Source: Chromera velia
Lineage: Eukaryota
Length of the DNA: 54,705 nt
Direction of reading: 5' to 3'
NCBI GenBank assembly: GCA_018398765.1
Contig: JAHBMJ010000148.1
Location: 1-54,705 of the forward strand
In this document: piece by piece, positions 47,628 through 54,705 of the stretch
Layout: each line of letters starts with the position of its first letter
Position numbering within the stretch: position 1 is the stretch's first letter
The notes under the pieces: model-generated
Databases searched by the model: none
Told to the model about the DNA's origin: nothing
What the model saw: the letters and a program-made list of their open reading frames with translations, nothing else
Translations under genes and position numbers: made by a program

Positions 47628-50600
47628 CCACTACGCGTCTGACTGCCTTCATTGCTCGTCTGTACGTCTGCATGAAAGTTTTTTTGGTGTGTAAGCTCCA
47701 CTTTTGGTTGTAGTGCCCGGGTGGTTCCTTCTTCTCTCAACTCTTCTCTTCTCTTTTGTCAGCGAACCTCAAGCTGGAAGTCCTTTCAAGCCTGTCTGCT
47801 GCAGGCCGTTGAACGCAAAAAGACAACATGGTTGTGTTCATATTCTGCCCATCTCTCTGTCTGGCTCCATCCCTCTCGTGCAACGTCCACTCGTTCTTGA
47901 AATTCACACCCATCGCTACCCGTCTGTTTCGTTTTGCTGCAAGATCACAAAAACTTTGGTGGCGACACAAAGCAATGCAAAGCGTAAGTTTTCGGGGAAG
48001 TGGGGGGATCTTAATGCAGAGTAGAGTGCTTTCATACTGTGTCTGGCGGCCGGCCCTCTGTCCATCTTAATCGAAGCGAGATGAATTAATGGATGGATTG
48101 TTGAGTGACTTGACCAATTTTGTGTATCATATCATTTGTAGTTGGAAAGGCCAAAATCCCTTTGCAAAGAGTGTCAGTGGTCTTGGCGGGAGATAGTCTG
48201 CCGAATGGCGGGGTGTTCACTTCACTACTGAGCAGGTTTCGGCTTCTAGTAGCCTGAACTTCTTGGTGGGTTTGAACCTAGACTTGAACGTATAGGTTGA
48301 CCAGCCGTATTAAATTTTTCAGCAACTATGCTACAACTGTTCAAGTTGTTGGGTCTTTTTTGAACGGTATAAACGACTACAAGCTTTAAACAGGTGATGG
48401 CCTAGTATAAAATAATCATCATCATATATCATATACGCCACAATCTCTCTTGGCATATTTCCAGGATAATTTCCTAGCCTATTTCCAGGCTTTTAACGTT
48501 TAATTAGCAGCAATGCATAAGACAGTTTTATTTTTCTAGCTAGTTCTATAACAGCGTTTAATAATAACTTTAATTTAATAACGAGATATCATAGCATAGC
48601 TTACCATGCAGTGCTTATATTTTTTTTTTCCGGGGGCATTGACTTAAAGTTTGTTCCTAGCGTCTGGCCTATACGTCTTTCATCTCTTCCTTCTGTCCTG
48701 GTTACTGCTCTCGCTGCTATCTCTCTCTCTCATACGACCTCATACTTGATGCTCCTCTATCCGAATGCCTTCTTCGGCTTTTGCTAAATACTTCCTACCC
48801 CTCAGTCATGACTAACACACTGCCTATTCCTCCTTCCTCCCAGCCCTCCCCCTGCACTCCTCTGGTCCCCCGAATGCACGCGCTTGCCGCTTTTAGGTGG
48901 GCAATCTGCAGTTGGGCTCGGATCTGACCGCACGTCTTACTCACGTGTTGCTCCCATTTCTCACTCAATCGTTCTGCCACCCTCTTCCAGAACATCTTTG
49001 CCTCCCCCTCAATCGTCCCGTCGACCGCACTCACGAGTGGGGTGAAGTCGCACCCTCTGTCCGCGCTTGCCTGCCCATGTTTCCTTTTCTTTTCTTCTGC
49101 TGCTGCTTTGAGGGCTTGAGTCCAGGTCACCTTCTCCCTCGAGGCGGCGTGTAGGTTTATCACCCTGGTATTGAAAATTGCTAGCCTTTGTGGAGCATAG
49201 GCCTCCCGGACTTGGAAGTCCCTCCTTAGCGCCGGATATCCCTACACCCCCCCTTCCTCTCTAATGATCGGCTCTTTTGCGTGGACCGCTCCTGCGGGGT
49301 ATACTTCCACTGCTAGACTCGCCCACGTACGGTTGACTTCGTCATGTTGCAGCGTAGGCAGTCCCCTGACTGGGTAGTTAAGGGCGTGTTGCAGACTCCA
49401 CCTTCCCCCACATCCCTCACATCTGCTCTTCTCCCCCCCTACCTTCCCCTGATATCGGATTGTCATCGCATCCCGGAATTCGTCTGGGCTGAGATTCATT
49501 CTGTGTTCCTTCAAGGGGGTGGCCGTCAGCCATCCTGACTGCCTCTTGTCTTTTGACTGCCTAACTTCCTCACACTGGTCCTCACTGGCTGCCTGCCCTG
49601 ACTGGCTGCCTAACCTCTCCCACTCCTTCTCTACTGCTTCTTTTACTGCTTTTTTGTGGGCTACCCTTACCTTCTGCCCCCTCTTCACGTGCTCGTCTGC
49701 GTCTATGTCCTCTCCTCGAAAGATGGTCTCTGTGATCGCTTCACTGGCTGCGGCTGACGTCCTGTAGTCCCTGTCCGCTGTTTCGGTGGGTTTAGGGATG
49801 CCTAGGCCTAGCAGTTGGACCGAGAGGGCGGCAACGTCTCTCAGCCATACGTCATATTAGGTGGGGGGCCCTCCGTTCCGTCGTCCTTTCATCAGGGCGG
49901 GGATGAGGCAGTCTCTGATCATGCCTTCCAGCTGCCCCATCTGTCTTCCTACCCCTGGCACTACCCGCGCCACAAACTTCTATTCATACTGCAGGGATTT
50001 TGAACAGGCTGCGTATGCTTCGTGTGGGGCAAATTCTACTGCTGTTGCGACTCTCTCCATGCTTCCGGCCCACTCCTTCACCTTCTCCTACACCCATTCC
50101 TCTCTGTGTGCATCCATGCCTACATGCCCCCCTAGGAGACGCGTCCCCTCTACTATCTGCAGGTCGGAGAACTCTGCAAAAATCTCCTTGGCTTTCTGCA
50201 GAAATTGCGGGAGCACTGCAAGGATCAACTTGTCCACCTCCACTACATATCCTGCCGTGGGCCTCCTCTTGACTAACTTGCGCAGCCATGCTCGCAGCTG
50301 GCGTAACCAGCCGGTATTGGATGCGTCATCCGCATACCAGAGCTGGTGCCAGTATCTCTGGGGGGGATCCGGCTCCTGCTGTTGTTGCTTTTTCTTCTCT
50401 GTTCCAGCTACCACCCCTGCACTCCATCTGTCTGCTGTAAAAAGCCAGTTGCTTCCGTTTCGGGTCGACGCGGAGGCGGCTGAAGAGGACGATGTTGTGC
50501 GGTGCGAATCGCCAAGGGGTGGGGCGGGTGGGCGAGCTAAGGGGTAGTACAAGTGGAGGGAGGAGGGGGAGGAGGAGGAGGATGAGGAGGAGGACGAGGA

Positions 50601-50794
50601 GGAAGAGGTATGGAGGGAGGAGGAGGAGGAGGAGGAGGAGGAGGAGGAGGAGGAGGAGGAGGAGGAGGATGATGAAAGGGCGGCTGCCTGTCTACCTGTC
50701 TTGTGTATCGGGTTATCTTCTCTTCCTGTCTGGTTTGGTATATGAGTGGTTGTGGCGGTGGGTATATGCTCTTCGGCTTCCTATCTTCTGTCTC

Positions 50795-51135
50795 TCGTCC
50801 CTGTCTGATTCTCTCTGTCCGGCTGGCTGCTCTCACTCGTTCCTGGCTGTGTCTTTCTATCCGCCTGTCTGCTCTCCCTCGCCCCTAACTGATTCTCTCT
50901 GTCCGGCTGGCTGCTCTCACTCGTTCCTGGCTGTGTCTTGCTGTCTGCCTGTCTGCTCTCCCTCGCCCCTGTCTGACTCTTTCTGTCCAGCTGGCTGCTC
51001 TCGCTCGATTCTGACTGTGTTTCTCTGTCTGCCTGTCTGCTCTCCCTTATCTTTGTCTGTTTCTCTCCGGCTGCCTGGCTGCTCCCGCTTGCTTCCGACT
51101 GTGTTTCGCTTTCTGTTTGCCTGCTCCCGCTGCTT
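50795..51135 (-). repeat. 84-bp (2x42) coding tandem repeat inside the RT
   Basis: gattctctctgtccggctggctgctctcactcgttcctggctgtgtctt at 50807 and 50891. Translates to RESRQADRKTQPGTSESSQPDRENQLGA-like units. Confidence 0.9.
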
Positions 51136-52639
51136 CGGAGAGCTCAGACGAGGGGAAGGATGGCGATAGCGTACCCTGCTACCGATATCGGGTCCCCTTG
51201 TGTCCATCCCTCTCTACTGCTGATGGTGGTAGTCCCATGGGTTCCTCTTAAGAAGAGCTCTGTATCCCCTCTATAACAGTTGAAGAGGAATGTGGAGGCT
51301 CTGGGCCAGAGTATGCGGGTATTCCACAGCCCCGCTGTGCGATTTGCTGCGTTAAAGGCGTTTTCGGCATCTATTAGGAAGGTTCTGAATGCCTAAGTTC
51401 TCGGGGTTGTCGCCAGCTTCCTGTGTGAGGGTCTCCCAGAGCTCTCTCACTGTATGAATCCCCCCTTCCAGGCCTCCCATGAGGCCATTGCACAGCTGAT
51501 TGGCTCTGCATGCCTCCTGCAGTTCCTCTCTAGTCTCCTTCATCACTGCTTTTCTGAGGAGGCGCCTGATCGCCTCCCCGATTCCTACCGGGCGCACCCC
51601 GGGGCATTTGTCTAGCGCGATCAGTCGGCATGCCATGAGTGCCTTCACCTGGTCCCACTCGAACACCCTCCTCCCCATTTCTGTTGCTAAGTTGGCGAGT
51701 TCTTCCCTTAACTCTCTACTCTCCCTCCCTAGGCTCAGGACTGCGGTGCGGAGCTGTGTGCTATCGAATTTAGACGGCCCTGCGCTGCCTTGGAGGCAGC
51801 GTGCTACTGCGGCGATGTCCTCCTCGGTGATTAGGAGGGGTGTGAGGGTGGGGAGGCCCTCTCTGGGCATCGCTTCTAGTGCTGCTGCTTGGGGTGTTTT
51901 TCCGGGGGGATGTTTGGCTTTCAGGGTCTCTACTATCTGGTAGTTTTATCCTCTCTTGGTGAAGGTATCTTCCCCATCCAGGACCTAGTCTAGGATTCCC
52001 CCTTTCTCTCAGCCTGTCAGTATCCGTATTCCCCTCCTCATCTCCCCTGCCTGGATGAAGTTTCGAAATTTCCTCATCTCGGGGAGGCCCGCTATCTTCT
52101 CGAGTTCTTCTCTTTTTGATTGGCTCTCGCTTTCCCCCCTTCTGCTGCTGCTGTGGGCTCTTCTGCTAATTTTGGTTGCCTCCTGAAGGAGGGTTTCTCT
52201 TTCCTTCTCCCCCTGCTCCCATAAATCTAGCCTGCTCTCGATGGTCTCCCATACCTTCTTTGCCTTTTTGATACGGGGGTCTCTCCGGAGGGTAAGGTTT
52301 AGCATCAGCAGGAGCGCTTCGCTTAGGTTGTCCCCGCTCCTAATCCCTGCAATTAAGGATTGCGTCAGCCGTACTAGCCTCCTCCCTGTGCCCCTTTTTG
52401 GGAATGCGTACTGCCCGCTGGGGTGTAGATGCTGTGCATGCCTCCACTCTCTCTTCCACCTTCCCTGAGCGAGGGAGGCTTCCCTCTTGGCTCCCTAGGG
52501 GCCCCGTAGGCTGCTTCTATGAGGCGGTCGGCCTCCTCTCTTGTCAGGGGGCGCTTTTCTTCCTCGGCCGCTCGTATGCTTGCATTCGCCTCGCTTTCCT
52601 TCTCTCTCAGTGGTCGATCGTGCGGGGCCTCGCGTGGGG

Positions 52640-52825
52640 GGCCCCTTTGGTCTTCTCCTGCTGCTGTTTGGCTGTGCGAGGGGCCTCGGCTGTCTTCTTC
52701 TGCTGCTGTTTGGCTGCGTGGGAAGCCTCTGCAGTCTTTTTTTGCTGCTGTTTGGCTGCGCGGGGAGCCGTGGCCGTCTTTGTCTGCTGCTGTTTGGCTG
52801 TGTGGGGGGCCTCGGCTGTCTTCAA
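52640..52825 (-). repeat. 42-bp coding tandem repeat at the 5' end of the retroelement
   Basis: About 4-5 copies of a KTAEAPHTAKQQQT-like 14-aa unit. Confidence 0.9.
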
Positions 52826-53373
52826 CTGACTGTACTGATAATTGAAACTTTTGTACTGGAAAGTGACTTTGAAAAATTTAGTTTTTAAAACATTAAAATA
52901 GATAGTTTAACCTTTAAACTAATTGATTTTCATAATTTATTTAAGACTATTTAAGCTTAGTAAGATGTTTAAAAAATGAAATAAAAAAATGTATATATAG
53001 AGTATATATTTTTTCAAAACCATAAATTGTCTCAGACTGGTACCTATCATCGTAAATTAACGCTAAGACGAAAACACAATAAAAAATGTATCTGAATGGC
53101 TCTGAATCGATCCGATTGAAGCATTTCTTCTCATGATCATAACTGTTTTGTTTTCAATTCATATGAGGCACTGCTCAACGGCGGGCGTGTCAGAGGCAGG
53201 GNGGGGGGGGGGAGGCATCTCAGTATATATCAAACATGCACACCCATGAACACCACCTGCAGAAATACGTGCACACAAACAGAAAGTCAGTCGAATCGCC
53301 AGAATACACATAAAAGCATATATGCAAATACAACTTATATCTTTAATTTACATCAGAATGATATAATATGAAA

Positions 53374-54108
53374 GCAGGAAGACCGAAATTGGGAAAGCAA
53401 TCGGACGGGCAGGAAGGCCGAAATCGGGAAGGCAATCAGGCGGCCAGGAAGGCCGAAATTGGAAGGCAGTCAGGCCGCCAAGAAGACTGAAATTGGAAGG
53501 TAGGAATGTAGGCAGAAAGAACGAACTCTGGGAGGCAGTCAGACACACAAGAAGGCCGAACTTGGGAAGACAGTCGGGCCAGCAGGAAGAACAAAATTGG
53601 GAAGGCTATCGGGCAAGCAGGATAACCGAAATTAGGAAGCGTTAGGAGGAAACTTGGGCAGGAAGGAAGGCCAAAATAGGGAAGGCAATTAGGCAGGCAG
53701 GAAAGCCGAAATTGGGAAGGCAACCAGATAGGCAGGAAGGCTGAAATTGCGAAGTCAGTCAGGCAGACAGAAAAGCCAAAATTTGGAAAGCATTGAGGCA
53801 GACAGAAAGACCCAAATTTGGAGGGCAGTCAGGCAGGCAAGAAGGCCGAAATGGGAAAGCAGTCAGCATGGCAGGAATACAAAACTCTGGAAGGCAGTCA
53901 GGCAGGCAAGAAGGCCGAAATTGGGAAGGCAATCGGGCAGGCAGGAAGACCAAAATTGGGAGCGCGGCGAAGGCCGAAATTAGGAAGGTAATAGGGCGGG
54001 CGGAAAAGCTAAAATTGGGAAGGCATTTAGCCAGACAGAAAGGCCGAAAGCTAGAGGGCAGTCAAGTAGGCAAGAAGGGCGAAATTTCGGAGGTAGTCAG
54101 GCAGGTAG
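53374..54108. repeat. 35-bp degenerate minisatellite (~21 copies)
   Basis: aggaaggccgaaattgggaaggcaatcgggcaggc-like unit at 53376, 53411, 53446 and onward. Confidence 0.92.
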
Positions 54109-54498
54109 AAAAAAACATAGGCTCGGCACGTAGGGGCGCTGCTCCTTTTTACAGTCTGAAGACTGCAGCCTTAACGAAAATGCAAAGACCTACCTCTGGA
54201 GGAGTTAAAGAAGGAGTGGGACACAAAACAAGCATCTCTTGGAGGAGACCCACGACCTGCAAAGAGCAGAGGAGGGGGGCAGGGGTGAACAATACATGCA
54301 AAGGGAGACGGCAGTTTTGTGCCTTGCCAAGGGCAGACCGGTCAGTCATTCAGAAACCATAATGGCCAGGTTGCAGCCATACAGGAACACTTACAGACAT
54401 CGTACAAAGCCTTCTGCATGCACCAAGAAGGCTCATCTCTGCAAACAAGATTTTTTCAATTCCCTCACTGGGAGAGGGGGGTGGACCCTCTTGTAGGG

Positions 54499-54705
54499 GT
54501 ACGAAACAACGCAATTTGGTACTCTTGGTGGAGGGTGGGGGTCCGACCTCCTCTGCAGGTTTGCGTCCAAAATATGTTTAGGACGCAAACCTGCAGAGCA
54601 GGTCGGACCCCCCCCCTCTACCAGGGGTACCAAATTGCGTCGTTTCGAACACTCTTAGACACATTTTGGATGCAAACCTGCAGAGCAGGTCGGACCCCCC
54701 CCCTC
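54499..54705. repeat. Palindromic repeat array (70-bp arms, 12-bp loop, plus a third copy running off the window)
   Basis: 54499-54568 is the reverse complement of 54581-54650. 54661-54705 repeats the core ggatgcaaacctgcagagcaggtcggacccc. Confidence 0.88.

Larger units (their letters stand above)
48795..52825 (-). pseudogene. Disrupted single ORF of the retrotransposon (RT-RLE polyprotein)
   Basis: One frame from ~51390 to 48795, interrupted by stops at 51144-46, 50781-83, 50088-90, 49980-82, 49857-59 and 49242-44. Frameshift near 51390-51400 and further disruptions near 51.9-52.0 kb. Confidence 0.88.
48620..52830 (-). mobile_element. CRE-clade-like non-LTR retrotransposon (RT + CCHC + RLE), probably 5'-truncated and decayed
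   Basis: Poly(A) tail seen as T10 at 48620-48629. RT motifs RLIALDKCPGVRPVGIGEAIRR, IDAENAFN, SREGWTQGDP and WYADD. Zinc knuckle CEGCGGRWSLQHALN(Y). RLE-like LRRDFQV...IFNTRV, EEKKRKH and FTPLV. Confidence 0.9.

Noticed and set aside
48255..48310. Minus-strand B-box-like ggttcaaacc
   Set aside because: No A box or cloverleaf nearby.
50546..50680. Poly-Arg or poly-Pro ORFs from the (GGA)n tract
   Set aside because: The frame continuous with the RT motifs reads poly-Ser. The other frames are incidental.
48600..52845. Target-site duplication of the retroelement (gcagtgcttata vs actgtactgata)
   Set aside because: Only 8/12 identity. No spliced-leader or telomeric target sequence is recognisable in the flanks.
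53374..54108. Possible CRISPR array (35-bp period)
   Set aside because: Head-to-tail degenerate units with no unique spacers, no cas genes and a eukaryotic context. The same applies to 4205-6115.

Overview
Intron-rich eukaryotic genomic DNA. The lax GTNNGT donors, TGCAG acceptors, microsatellite-filled introns and frequent TGCATGCA motifs suggest an alveolate such as a chromerid, which is inference only. Most ORF-track entries are artefacts of exon fragments and repeats. Manual exon chaining gives three genes. (1) A single-exon, low-complexity hypothetical protein (7055-8896, +). (2) A 13-exon, ~1498-aa hypothetical protein with a Q/P/Y-rich tail (11174-19206, -). (3) Divergent from gene 2, a ~27 kb gene with >50 exons and ~3000 aa (20403-~47507, +), the main finding. 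Gene 3 fuses Dis3/RNase II-type OB folds and an RNB domain with a degenerate catalytic motif ([15 protein letters not shown]) to a complete UPF1-like SF1B helicase. A TIS11-like CCCH zinc finger sits inside the helicase 1B region, and the tail carries RGG/Pro-rich, CxxC-x15-CxxC and ankyrin-like segments. This resembles the C-terminal part of animal HELZ2. On the right lies a decayed CRE-like (RT + RLE) non-LTR retrotransposon (48620-~52830, -) whose RT has 288 in-frame codons between the QGDP and YADD motifs. The flanks hold nested foldback inverted repeats, three minisatellite arrays, a possible tRNA-derived SINE and a palindromic array.
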